Source of the DNA: the human T2T-CHM13v2.0 reference genome, Homo sapiens
Reading direction: 5' to 3' (one strand)
Assembly (NCBI RefSeq): GCF_009914755.1
Contig: NC_060931.1
Length of the DNA: 64,000 nt
Below the pieces are notes generated by a model. That model was not told the origin of the DNA and did no database searches. It saw only the letters and a list, made by a program, of their open reading frames with translations. Shown here piece by piece: positions 1 through 19,685 of this stretch. Within the stretch, counting starts at the first letter, position 1. Each line of letters begins with the position of its first letter. The position numbers and the translations under genes were made by a program.

Positions 1-1335
<1,335 letters not shown>

Positions 1336-1676
1336 TAAGCAAGTCTATAGGACTGAAGGTTACAGTGTTTGTTCCAAAGAGGATCTTTTCTCCTCAGCAC
1401 CTTCCATGGGCACTAGGCAGTCTCCACTGCAGGTTTCCTGAGGCCAGCCCAAAATGCTCCTGTAATGAGGGCAGAAACTTATTACTTTAGGCTATCCTAA
1501 AGCACTTATAAAATCACTGCATACAGCATTAGTAGGGAAGTGCAAAACTAACTTCATTCTGTATAATGTTTATTTTTAACTTTAAAATCCTAAGATATTC
1601 TAGTGGTAACTTGGGATCTCTTATACAGCCAGATTTTACAAGTAGAAAGAAAAAAGCATTCTACTTACAAAGGTCT

Positions 1677-1679
<3 letters not shown>

Positions 1680-1712
<33 letters not shown>
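1680..1712. repeat. poly(T)33 tract
   Basis: Uninterrupted T run. Confidence 0.95.
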
Positions 1713-1715
<3 letters not shown>

Positions 1716-4700
1716 AAAACTGAAGAAATAGTTTCAGCTTATATAGATACTTCCTCTGAGTGTGGGTGTCAATGTGTATATCCCTATGTATTTGGACGAA
1801 TACAAATAAGAGTTTGTGGATGTGCCTATTTGATTGGACAGATCTCTATGTTTAGTCAACACAAACCTATGTTCAGCTGTAAGTAGGTATAGAGGTGTAC
1901 TTCTTCTTGAAAGCATTCCTAAAATATATGCAAGACTAACGAGGTATTTGCTAAAGGATCTGTATATGGATGCCTTAGGTGTGATTTTTAAACAAGGGTG
2001 AAAAAATTAACTTAGCCTCTGCTGTTTTCCCTTCAAGAGCTACTTTGAATTGTTTAAGTACTATTTTCATACAATGATACACTCTTCCTTGTATAAGTTA
2101 TATAATTTTTTCTATAATAAAAATACAATTTTTATAAAAGACAGAAACCACAAAAATATAAATAATTTGAATTTAAGGTGTTCATTTTTATGCTAGCATT
2201 TTTCCCTTTTTTGTCTTATAACTTCTAGAGGGGTGTTCTTTACATAATTCACTGTCCCCTTCTCTCTCTTCACTGCATTTCCTCCAGGCTGTTCCCACAC
2301 TGTCAGAATAGGCTTCATTTCAAAAATTCTCAGAGAAGGCACAGCAGTCAGGTATTTGGAATAACTCATTGACTCAGAGATTGACCTCTAGCTAAAAAAC
2401 TATTTCTAGCTATGGTAAACTAGAGATAAATACATAGCACATTAGGGCAAGATAACGTTATAATGTATCAGGTATCAAGTGGAAACTTTGCATTTAAGAG
2501 GATTGTGCAGGTGGGGTAAGATGGCAGAACAGAAGCCTACACTTTTTGTGCCACCTACCGGAGCCCCAAATTTGAATAATGATCTGCACACAAAAAAACA
2601 CCGTCATAAGAACCAAAAATAAGGTGAGCAACTAGAGTACCTGATTTTAACTTCATATTATAGAAAGAGGCACTGAGAAGGGCAGGAGAGACAGTCTTAA
2701 ATTGCAGATGCCACCCCTCCCCTCTCCCCTGGTAGGGGCTGTGCAGCACAGAGAGATAAACTGCACTTTGGGAAGAGAGAGCACAGCAACTGGGGGACTT
2801 AAATTGAACTCAGTGCTGCCCTGCCATAGCAGAGAATAAAGCTGTGTTGAGCTCAGCCAGTGCCTGCTTATGAGTAGAGCATTCAGACCAGCCCTAGCCA
2901 GAGGGGACTTGTCCATCTGAGTGGTCAGAACTTGAGTTTCTTGGCAAGCTTCACCACCAAAGGCTGAAGTGTTCTGGAGCAACAGGTAAACTTGAAAGTC
3001 CACCTAGGACACAGAGATTGCAATTTCTAGGCAACTCTTAGTGCCAGATTGGGCTTAGAGCCAGTAAACTAGGGTGGCATGTGACCTAGGAAATGGCTAA
3101 GGGAGGGCTTACCCCATCTCTCCCCCGACTCCAGGCGGTGCAGCTCATAGCAGAGAAAGTGACTCCTACCTTCTGCTTCAGGAGGGGAGAGTGAAGAGTA
3201 AAGAGGCCTTTATCTTGCATCTTGGATACCAGCTCAGCCACAGTAGGATAGGAAGCTGGGCAGAGTTCTGGGTCCTCCATTCCAGGCCCTAGCTCTCAGA
3301 CAATATTTCTAGACACACCCTGGGCCAAAGGGGAACCTGCTACCTTGAAGGGAAAGACCAAGTCTGGGCAGGATTCATCACCTGCTGACTAAAGAGCCCT
3401 TGGGCCCTGAATAACCACTATCAATAACCAGGAAGTATTCAATGGGCACTGGGCTCTGAGATGTGCTGGCTTCAGTGGAGACCCAGCACATTCCTAGTTG
3501 TGACTACAGTGAAAGACTCCTTCTGTTTGAAAAATGCAGAGGGAAAAGTAAAAGGGACTTTGTCTTGCACCTTATGTACCAGCTGGGCCACAGTGGGATA
3601 GAGCAACAAGCAGGCTCTTGAGGTCCCCAAGTCCAGGTCTGAGCATTTGGATAGTATTTCTGAACCTGCCCTGGGCCCACTGCGCTGAAGATTAAGTATC
3701 CAGCCTGACAGCATTCACCATAAGCTGATGAAAGAGCCCTTGGGCTTTAAGCAAACATCAGCAATGGCCTGGCAGATGCTCTCATGGATTGGTGTTGGTG
3801 GTGGCCACAAGGAGAAGTTCCTCTGCCTGTGGTAAGGGGAAGGAAGAGTGGGAATAACTTTCTATTATAGTTTGAGTGCCGGCTTAGCTGCAATAGAATA
3901 GAGTGTCAAGTAAATTGGTAATGTTTTTGACTATAATCCCTGGCTTCCAGATAGCATCTCTGGACATGCATGGGACCTAGGGGAACTTGCCACCTTGAAG
4001 GGAAGGGCCTTGGTCAAGGCTGAGTGCTCTGCTGGCTTCCGGTCTGACTCAGCACAGTTCCAGTGTTGGTGGCCACAGGAGTTCTTGCATCCCCACACCT
4101 CCAGTTGCAAGTGGCTCAGCAGAAAGAATGACAGGAAGAAAGACAGAGAGAGAGAAAGACTGACTGACTTAGTATGTTTGGGAGGAAATAAGGAAACAAG
4201 AGTCTTTGCCTGGTAATGCAGAGAATTCCTCTCACTTTTATATAAGACCACCAAGGCAGTACCTCTACAAGTCTGCAAAAACCACAGCATTATTGGACTT
4301 GAGGCCTAAGTCCCTTTGAATACCTGGAAAGCCTTCCCAAAAACAACAGGCACAAAAAAGCCACAACTCTGAAGACTACAATAAATACCCAACTCTTCAA
4401 TGTACAGACACCAAAAAAACATCTATAAGCATCAACTCCATCCAGAAAAACATGACATCACCAAATGAACTAAATGAGGCACCAGGGACCAATCCTGGAG
4501 AAACAAAGATATGTGACATTTCAGACAGACATTTCAAAATAGCTGTTTTGAGGAAATGCAAAGAAATTCAAGATAAAACAGAGAAGAAATTTAGAATCCT
4601 ATCAGATAAATTTAACAAAGATATTGAAATAATCAAAAAGAATTGAGCAGAAATTCTGCAGTTAAAAAATGCAAGTGACATGCTGAAGAATGCGTCAGAG

Positions 4701-5069
4701 TCTCCTCATAGCAGACTAGATGGTGCAGAAGAAATAATTAGTGAGCTCGAAGACAGGCTACTTGAAAATACACAGTCAGAGGAGACAGAAAAAAGTTGGA
4801 AAAAAATGAAGCATGTCTACAACATTAGAAAATAGTCTCAAAAGTGCAAATCCGAGAGCTATTGGACTTCAAGAAGAGATAGAAAAAGAGATAGGAGAAG
4901 AAAGTTTATCCAAAGGAATAATATCAGAGAACTTCCCAAACCCAAAGAAAGACATCAATATTCAAGTACAAGAAGGTTGTAGAACAACGAGCAGATTTAA
5001 TCTAAAGAAGACTACCTCAAGGCATTTAATAATCGCACTCCCAAAGGTCAAGGATACAGAAAGGATTCT

Positions 5070-5750
<681 letters not shown>

Positions 5751-6898
5751 AGAAAGGATTCTAAAAGCAGCAAAAGAAAAGAAACAAATAACATAAAAAG
5801 GAGCTCCAATATATCTGTCAGCAGACTTTTCAGTGGAAAGTTTACAGGCTAGGAGAGAGTGGCATGTCATATTTAAAGAGCGGAAGGAAAAAAACTTTTA
5901 ACCTGGAACAGTATATTTGGTGAAAATATCCTTTAAGTGTGATGAAGAAGTAAAAGACCTTGCCAGACAAACAAAAGCTGAGTGATTTCATTAACACCAG
6001 ACCTGTCCTACAAGAAATGCTAAAGGGAGATCTTCAGTCTGAAAGAAAAAGATATTAATGAGCAAGAAGAAATCACCTGAAGGTACAAAACTCACAGATA
6101 ATGGTAAGCACAGAGAAAAACACAATTAGTATAACACTGTAATTGTGATGTGTAAACTTCTCTTGACTTTAGTGGGAAGACTAAATGATGAACCAATCAA
6201 AAATAGTAACTACAACAACTTTTCAAAGCATAGATAATAGTACAATAAGACATAAATAGAAACAACAAAAAGTTAACATGTAGGGAGATGAAGTTAAAGT
6301 GTAGAGTTTTTATTAGTTTTCTTTATTCATGTTTGTTTATGCAATCAGTGTCAAGTTGTCATCAGTTTAAAATAATGGGTTATAAAATAGCATCTTCAAG
6401 CCTTACAGTAACCTCAAATTGAAAAATACACAATGGATACACATACACAAAAAGCAACAAATCAAAGCATACTATCAGAGAAAATTACCTTTACCAAAAG
6501 GAAGACAAGAAGGAAGGAAAGGAGGAGAAGACGGCAAAGCAATCAGAAAACAAATAACAAAATGGCAAGAGTAAGTTCCAACTGATCAATAATAACATTG
6601 AATGTTAATAAACAAAACTGTCCAATGAAAAGACTTAGGTGGCTGAATAGATTTAAAAAAATACCCAATGATCTGTTGCCTACAAGAAACACACTTCACC
6701 TCCACATATACATATAGACTAAAGATAAAGGGATGCAAAGAGATACGCCATGCCAATGTTAACCAAAAAAGAGCAAAAGTAGCTATTCTTACATCAGACA
6801 CAATGGATTTTAAAACAAAAGCTATAGAGAGACAAAAAATATCATTATATAATGATAAAGTGGTCAATTCAGAAAGAAGATATAACTATTTTAAATGA

Positions 6899-7414
<516 letters not shown>

Positions 7415-7934
7415 AAGAAAAAAAAGGGAGAAGACCAAATAAATAAAACCAGAAATAAAAAAGGAGACATTGCAACTGATACAAGCAAAATTTAAAGGGT
7501 TGTTAATGGCTACTCTGAAAAACTGTATGCCAATAAATTAGAAAATATAGATGCAATGGACAGATTCCTAGATGCATACAACCTAGCAAAATTGAACCAT
7601 GAAAAAACCCAAAACCTGAATGGATCAATAACAAGTAAGGAGATCAAAACCACGATAAAATATCTCCCAGTAAAGAAAAGCCTAATGGCTTCACTACTGA
7701 ATTCTACCAAACGTTTAAAGAAGAACTAATACTAATCTACTCAAACTGTTCTGAAACATAGAGGAGGTAGAAATACTTCCATACTCATTCTGTGAGGTCA
7801 GTATTACCCTAATACCACATCTAGACAAAGACAAATTAAAAAAAAAAAAAAGAAAACTAAATGCCAATATCTCTGATAAATATACATGGGAAAATCCTTA
7901 ACAAAGTATTAGCAAACTGAATTCAACAATACAA

Positions 7935-8260
7935 TTTTATTTTATTTTATTTTATTTTATTTTATTTTATTTTATTTTTGAGACCATGTCTTGCTCTGTC
8001 ACCCAGGTTGGAATGCAGTGGCATGATCTCAGCTCACTGCAGGTGAGCCTCCCAGGTTCAAGTGATTCTCCTGCTTCAGCCTCTCCAGTAGCTGGGATTA
8101 CAGGTGCATGCCACCAAACCCAGCTAATTTTTGTATTTTTAGTAGATACGCGGTTTCACTATTTTGGCCATGCTGGTCTCAAACTCCTGGCCTCTAGTGA
8201 TCCACCCGCCTCAGCCTCCCAAAGTGCTGGGATTACACTCGTAAGCCAGCACACCCGGCC
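7935..8260 (-). mobile_element. AluJ/S SINE with (TTTTA)n tail
   Basis: Dimeric Alu; degenerate TSD TCAACAATACAATT / TCAACAACACATTT. Confidence 0.95.
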
Positions 8261-10169
8261 TCAACAACACATTTGAAAGACCATTCATCATAACTAAGTG
8301 GGATTTTTTTCCCAAGGATGCAAGAATGGTTCAACAGACACAAATCATTCAAAGTGGTGCAGCATATCTACAGAATGAGTCACAAAAAACGTATGATTAT
8401 TTCAATTGATGATGAAAAAACATTTGATAAAATTCTACATCCCTTCATGATAAAAACTCTTAAAAACTGGTTGTGGAAGGAATATACCTCAACACAATAA
8501 AAGCCATATATGACAGACCCATAGCTAATATCATACTGAATGAAAAAAAAAACTGAAAGCCTTTCCACTGAGATCTGGAGCACAATGATGATGTCCACTT
8601 TCACGTTATTAGACATGTTACTAGAAGTCTTATCTAGAGCAATCAGACAAGAGAAAGAATGAAATGCATCCAAACTGAAATGGAAGAAGTCAAATTATTC
8701 TAGTTTGCAGATAATATGATCTTTTATTTGAAAAAACATAGACTGTACTAAAAAAACTTTTAGAAATGATAAATGCAGTAAAGTTGCAGGATACAAAAGT
8801 CAACATACAAAAATCAGTAGCATTTCTATATGTGAACAGTGACCAATCTGAAAAAGAAATCAAAAAAGTAATCACATTTATAATACCCACACATCAAATA
8901 AATTACCTAGGAAATATTTTAACCAAAAAAGTGAAATATCTCTACGATGAAAAGTATAAAATACTGATAAAACAAACTGAAGAGGACACACATACAAAAA
9001 TGGAAAGATGGTCCATGTGAATGGATTGAAGAATCAATATTGTTAAAATATCCATATTACCCAAGGCAATCTTCAGATTCAGTGGAATCCATATCAAAAT
9101 ACCAATGACATTCTTCAAATAAATAGAAAAAAAACCCTAAAATATATGTGAAACCACAAAAGACCCAGAATACCCAAAGCTCTCCTAAGCAAAAAGAACA
9201 AAACTGGAAGAATCACATTACCTGACTTCAAATTATACTACAGAACTATAGTAACAAAAACAGCATGATACTGGCATAAAAACAGACACACAGACCAATG
9301 GAATAGAATAGAGAACCCAGGAACAAACTACAGTGAACTCATTTTTGACAAAAGTGCCAAGAACGTACAGCAGAGGACAAACAGTCTATTCAATAAGTAG
9401 TGTTGGAAAAACTAGATATCTATATGTAGAAAGGTGAAATTTGACCCCTATCTTTTACAATATATGAAAGCCAAGTCAAAATGAATTAAAGACTGAAATC
9501 TAAGACTACACACTATGAAACTACTACAAGAGAACATTGGGGAAATTCTCCAGGACATTGGATTGGCAAAGATTTCTTGAGTAATATCCCACGAGCACAG
9601 ACAACCAAAGCAAAAATGGACAAATAGGGTTACATGAAGTTAAAAAGCTTCGGCACAGCAAAGGAAACAATCAACAAAGTGAAGATACAACCTGCAGAAT
9701 GGGAGAAAATATTGCAAACTACCCATCAGACAAGGGGTAAATAGGGAAAATACATAAGGAGCTCAAACAACTCAACAGAAGCAAAAATCTAATAATCTGA
9801 TTTTAAAATGGGCAAAATATTTGAGTATATTTCTCAAAATAAAACATAAAGATGGCAAACAAGCATATGACAAAGTGCTCAACATCAATGATCATCAGAG
9901 AAATGCAAATTAAAACTACAATGAGATATCATCATACCTCAGTTAAAATGGCTTTATTTTTTTTATTATACTTTAAGTTTTAGGGTACATGTGCACATTG
10001 TGCAGGTTAGTTACATATGTATACATGTGCCATGCTGGTGCACTGCACCCACTAACTCGTCGTCTAGCATTAGGTATATCTCCCAATGCTATCCCTCCCC
10101 CCTCCCCCCACCCCACCACAGTCCCCAGAGTGTGATATTCCCCTTCCTGTGTCCATGTGATCTCATTGT

Positions 10170-13996
<3,827 letters not shown>

Positions 13997-14059
13997 TATG
14001 ATGTTAGCTGGTGATTTTGCTCGTTAGTTGATGCAGTTTCTTCCTAGCCTTGATGGTCT

Positions 14060-15079
14060 TTACATTTTGGCATGATTTTGCAGTGGCTGGTACCGGTTGT
14101 TCCTTTCCATGTTTAGCGCTTCCTTCAGGAGCTCTTTTAGGGCAGGCCTGGTGGTGACAAAAATCTCTCAGCATTTGCTTGTCTGTAAAGTATTTTATTT
14201 CTCCTTCACTTATGAAGCTTAGTTTGGCTGGATATGAAATTCTGGGTTGAAAATTCTTGTCTTTAAGAATGTTGAATATATTGGCCCCCACTCTCTTCTG
14301 GCTTGTAGGGTTTCTGCCAAGAGATCCGCTGTTAGTCTGATGGGCTTCCCTTTGAGGGTAACCTGACCTTTCTCTCTGGCTGCCCTTAACATTTTTTCCT
14401 TCATTTCAACTTTGGTGAATCTGACAATTATGTGTCTTGGAGTTGCTCTTCTCGAGGAGTATCTTTGTGGCGTTCTCTGTATTTCCTGAATCTGAACGTT
14501 GGCCTGCCTTGCTAGATTGGGGAAGTTCTCCTGGATAATATCCTGCAGAGTGTTTTCCAACTTGGTTCCATTCTCCCCATCAGTTTCAGGTACACCAATC
14601 AGATGTAGATTTGGTCTTTTCACATAGTCCCATATTTCTTGGAGGCTTTGCTCATTTCTTTTTATTCTTTTTTCTCTAAACTTCCCTTCTCGCTTCATTT
14701 CATTCATTTCATCTTCCATTGCTGATACCCTTTCTTCCAGTTGATCGCATCGGCTCCTGAGGCTTCTGCATTCTTCACGTAGTTCTCGAGCCTTGGTTTT
14801 CAGCTCCATCAGCTCCTTTAAGCACTTCTCTGTATTGGTTATTCTAGTTATATATTCTTCTAAATTTTTTTCAAAGTTTTCAACTTCTTTGCCTTTGGTT
14901 TGAATGTCCTCCCGTAGCTCAGAGTAATTTGATCATCTGAAGCCTTCTTCTCTCAGCTCGTCGAAGTCATTCTCCATCCAGCTTTGTTCTGTTGCTGGTG
15001 AGGAACTGCGTTCCTTTGGAGGAGGAGAGGCGCTCTGTGTTTTAGAGTTTCCAGTTTTTCTGTTCTGTTTTTTCCCCAT
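14060..15079 (-). pseudogene. L1 ORF1 (p40), disrupted
   Basis: MGKKQNRK start at 15079; premature CGA>TGA near 14935; frameshifts near 14280 and 14160. Confidence 0.93.
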
Positions 15080-15985
15080 CTTTGTGGTTTTATCTACTTT
15101 TGGTCTTTGATGATGGTGATGTACAGATGTGTTTTTGGTGTGGATGTCCTTTCTGTTTGTTAGTTTTCCTTCTAACAGACAGGACCCTCAGCTGCAGGTC
15201 TGTTGGAATACCCTGCCTTCTGAGGTGTCAGTGTGCCCCTGCTGGGGGGTGCCTCCCAGGTAGGCTGCTCGGGAGTCAGGGGTCAGGGACCCACCTGAGG
15301 AGGCAGTCTGCTCTGCCCGTTCTCAGATCTCCAGCTGCGTGCTGGGAGAACCACTGCTCTCTTCAAAGCTGTCAGACAGGGACATTTAAGTCTGCAGAGG
15401 TTACTGCTGTCTTTTTGTTTGTCTGTGCCCTGCCCCCAGAGGTGGAGCCTACAGAGGCAGGCAGGCCTCCTTGAGCTGTGGTGGGCTCCACCCAGTTGGA
15501 GCTTCCAGGCTGCTTTGTTTACCTAATCAAGCCTAGGCAATGGCGGGCGCCCCTCCCCCAGCCTAGCTGCCACCTTGCAGTTTGATCTCAGACTGCTGTG
15601 CTAGCAATCAGTGAGACTCCATGGGCGTAGGACCCTCCGAGCCAGGTGCGGCATATAATCTCGTGGTGGGCCGTTTTTTAAGCCTGTCCGAAAAGCGCAA
15701 TATTCGGGTGGGAGTGACCCGATTTTCCACGTGCGTCCGTCACCCCTTTCTTTGACTCGGAAAGGGAACTCCCTGACCCCTTGCGCTTCCCAAGTGAGGC
15801 AGTGCCTCGCCCTGCTTCGGCTCGCGCACAGTGCGCGCACCCACTGACCTGCGCCCACTGTCTGGCACTCCCTAGTGAGATGAACCCGGTACCTCAGATG
15901 GAAATGCAGAAATCACCCGTCTTCTGCATCGCTCACGCTGGGAGCTGTAGACCAGAGCTGTTCCTATTCGGCCATCTTGGCTCCT
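15080..15985 (-). promoter_or_regulatory. L1 5'UTR with sense promoter (- strand) and antisense promoter (+ strand); YY1 motif intact at 15969-15979
   Basis: CpG-rich L1PA2-type 5'UTR; CAAGATGGCCG on the - strand. Confidence 0.85.
15540..15755 (+). pseudogene. L1 antisense ORF0, inactivated
   Basis: ATG GCG GGC GCC CCT CCC CCA GCC then TAG at codon 9, a second in-frame TGA, and the normal stop at 15753-15755. Confidence 0.85.
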
Positions 15986-16924
15986 AAAATGGCTTTTATA
16001 AAAAAAAAAATACAGTCAATAACAAATGCTGGTGAGGATGCTGGCAAGGATGTGGAGAAAAGGGAGCCCTTGTATGCCATCGGTAGGAATGTAAACTAGT
16101 ACAACCACTATGAAGAATAGTTTGGATGTTCCTCAAAAACCTAAACATAGAACTATCATATTATACAGCAATCCCACTGCTGGTTACATACCCAAAAGAA
16201 AGGAAATCAGTATACTGAAGGGATATTTGCACTCCCATGTTTACTGTAGCACTATTCACAATAGCCAAGATTTGGAAGCAACTTACATGTCCATCAACAG
16301 AGGAATGGATAAAGAAAATGAAATACACCCAATGGAGTACTATTCAGTCATAAAAAATAATGAGATTCTGTAATTTGCAACAACATGGATGGAACTGGAG
16401 GTCATTATGTTAAGTGAAATAAGCCAGGCACAAAAAGACAAGCTTTGCATGTTCTTATTTATAGGAGATAGAAATTAAGACAATAGAACTCATGGAGATA
16501 GAGAATAGAAGATGGTTACCAGAGGCTGTGAACAGTAGTGGGTGGGGGTCAGGGAGAATTTGGGGATGGTTAATGGGCACAAATAATAAAAAGAATGAAT
16601 AAGACAGTATTTTATAGCACAACAGGGGGACTATAGTAAATAACAATTTGTCATTTAAAAATAACTAGAAGAGTATAATTGGATTGTCTGTAACACAAGA
16701 GATTTATAAATGCTTGAGGAGATGGACATCCAATTTTCCACAATGTGATTATTACGTATTGCATGCCTGTATCAAAATATCTCACATACCCCATAAATAT
16801 ATGCATCTAGTATGCTCCACAAAGATTAAAAACAAGAAAAATATTTAAAAAGAGAATTTTAATACCAACTGTGTTGAGCAGCCTGCTTTATATGAGTGCA
16901 TCTACTGGAGATCAACAATAATCA

Positions 16925-17156
16925 TGTCTAATTATTGAATACATTGTGTGGTTCTGGTGTTTTTTAATATAAAATGTTATTTTATCCTCAAAACAACATT
17001 AAGAGGCCATTCTATTTCCTTCTTCTATAGATGAGTTAAATGAGGCTTATAGAGAATTTTCCCAGGTCCCAAACACCTTTCTGATAAATAGGATGTGCAT
17101 TCACTGTCAGCTATATCAGATTCCTAACACTATACTCTTCACCACCATTCTATACT
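16925..17156 (-). mobile_element. MIR
   Basis: Core-like TATAGATGAGTTAAATGAGGC and ATCCTCAAAACAAC. Confidence 0.65.
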
Positions 17157-17319
17157 CTAAAATATATAAGAAGAATAATTATTAGGTTAATTGTAGGATA
17201 ATGAAAAAAGAAACAATTTTAGAACAAAGAGGAACTGAAAAACCTTCTAGTTGAATGCCTTCAGTCAGCAAAGTACTGAGGGGTTAATTTACCCTACATC
17301 ACACAACTAATTAATGTAT

Positions 17320-17495
17320 GTCCCTGCTCCTAATATGGTGCCTGACACAGAGTACATACTCACTAAATATCTGTAGGATGAAAGAATCAGTTTAAGATCA
17401 AAATGGATCTCTGTAACAGGATTCATTGTAATTTATTTGTTAGCATGTCACTCTCACCTGATACCTCCTTAGGGACAGACATCATGCTTTATTTT
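17320..17495 (+). mobile_element. L2 3' fragments
   Basis: GTGCCTGACACAGAGTACATACTCACTAAATATCTG resembles the L2 3' end. Confidence 0.55.
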
Positions 17496-17499
17496 CACA

Positions 17500-18145
17500 A
17501 ATTTATTAAGATGTAATTTACATACAATTCACTCATTCAGTGTATAATTCAATGTCCTTTAATATACTTACAGAGTTGCACATGCATTGTCACAATCAGT
17601 TTTAAACATTTTATTATCCCAAGAAAGAAACTCCACATCCCTTAGCTTTCACCACCACCCCAGCCCCAGTCTCCAAACCCTTCTAATACGCCTCTCAACT
17701 CCTACTCTAAGTAGTATTACTTTCTGTTTTCATAGATTTCCGTATTCTGGACATTTCAAATAAATGGAAACATACAATATGTGGTCCTTTGTAACAGACT
17801 TCTTTCAACTAGCATAATGTTCTCAAAATTTGTTCATGTTGCGGCATATATCAGTAATTCATTTCTTTTTTTGCAACGTAATATTCTATGTATGTATGAA
17901 TTATTTTATTTATCAATTTATCAATTGATGGGCATTAGATTATTTCTACTATTGGGCTGTGATAAATAATGTGCTTATTCATACACAAGTTTTTGTGTGG
18001 ACATAGGTATTTATTTCTTTTGGGTAAATACTCAGGACTGAAATTGCTGGATCACATGATATCTCCATGTTTAATCATTTGGGAAATTGCTAGTTCTTCC
18101 AAAGTGGCTGAATCATTTTACCTTCTCAACAGCAGTTTCTGAGTG
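17500..18145 (-). mobile_element. L1MB/MC-type 3' end
   Basis: Antisense old L1 3'UTR and ORF2 end motifs (ATTCTGGACATTTCA, AATTGCTGGATCACATG). Confidence 0.75.
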
Positions 18146-18554
18146 GGAAGGTAATTTTCAGTGGTGTTTTATTAAATTTACTTCATTAGTACCTACTATA
18201 GCGCAAGACATAAGGATGCTTGACAAACACATTCAATTTTATAGTTATTTCATACTCAGATTTTCTAAGTGTATTCCTAAGTTTCTTGGAAATGAAAATC
18301 AAGAAGCTTCAACTAAATAACAAAATAATTAAAATCACTTCAATGGAACCATTTACTTTCATGTTTTATGTACTAATCCCTATTGACCTACTCTTTGGAT
18401 AATCTAAATATTAGGGAGAGGAGACACGCATGTGAACAAAAACCTGTCTCTGGTATTTTGAAACTTAAATTCATCCATCCATCACAGAAACTGCCTACAC
18501 TTCCTTTAGGAGATTATTTCTTGTGTAACATTACTTACTCAAGGGACAGAGGGT

Positions 18555-18770
18555 AACTTACTTGTTTCAGTACCTACCATGTGATAAGTATTGTTAGACA
18601 ATAAAAATTCTGTATTCTAGGAGTGATGAAACTGAATTTTAGAGAGGAAAACTAACTTGTTCATAATCATATGAGAACGAAGAGTTGAAAACGGGATTTG
18701 AATACGGGGCTTCTCGTTACAAGTCTGTGGGTGTGTGTGTTTTCCTATAGGATATTTTTGCTACATTCTA
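18555..18770 (-). mobile_element. MIR
   Basis: GATGAAACTGA...AGAGAGG...AACTTG; GGGATTTGAA. Confidence 0.55.
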
Positions 18771-19434
18771 CCTTAAATAATTGGCATTGGAATAATACTT
18801 TCAGCATTTTCTGCTCAAGCATTCTCTACCTAATTTGTATTTTCAGAACGGATGGTAATCTCACAAAGAAGCACAAATATGCACAGCAAAACATAGTGTT
18901 TGTAAGACTCTAAGAAGGAAAATGACTTCTGGCAAAATATCTCAGATCCTGTCCCAATGTACTTCAGGAGTGAGTTTAGATTGAAAACAAATGTACTAAA
19001 TTTTTTTTCATCTCTTTAGTTCCATTTGGCATTTGCTATATTTAATATGTTAGAGGTATAAAATACCTCTGTAGAATAAAAGTTCATTATGGAGTTATCT
19101 ATTTGTAGAGCCTATGTAAGCAGAAAAATACCTCCTGGGCCATGTTTCAGAATGACTAAATAATTACATTGTTTTCATTGTTTTCCACAAGCTATTATCA
19201 CATAAATACCACCCCCTTTTTTTTTCAAAGTTGCAATAGGAAATGGAAACACATATGCACACATAAGCAAGTAAAATCTATTTTTGATCCAGCTTTTATT
19301 GTTCTGACATGAAGGGATACAAGAGCTGGTAAGCATAATCTTACTCATTAAGGCTGACTGGATGGAGATGCACATAATCGTCACATTTACATTTTAGGAT
19401 AAAATCTCACAGATGTTGGATAAATAGAACTGAA

Positions 19435-19685
19435 ACTAACACATATTGAACATCAATTCTGTGCCAGTCCCATATAATGAAATTTATACTCATTATCTCA
19501 ATTAAACCACTCAGAGTTCTACAAATTAGATAGCCATTGTTATCTTCCCTTAAAAAATATGTTAAAAATTAGACCCAGAGAAGTTAATTTTGCCTAAGTT
19601 CAAACAATTAGAAAATAATAGAAGGTAGGTTTCAGATCACAGATTTGCTTAGCATTAAAATGTGTTCTCTTTCCACTACATTGCT
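19435..19685 (-). mobile_element. MIR
   Basis: TATTGAACA...TGTGCCAG; CCCAGAGAAGTTAA...TTGCCTAAG; CTCTTTCCACTACA. Confidence 0.65.

Noticed and set aside
1680-1760. Processed pseudogene or small-RNA retrocopy ending at the poly(T)
   Set aside because: No adjacent polyadenylation signal, TSD or recognisable body; only an imperfect short hairpin (1713-1738).
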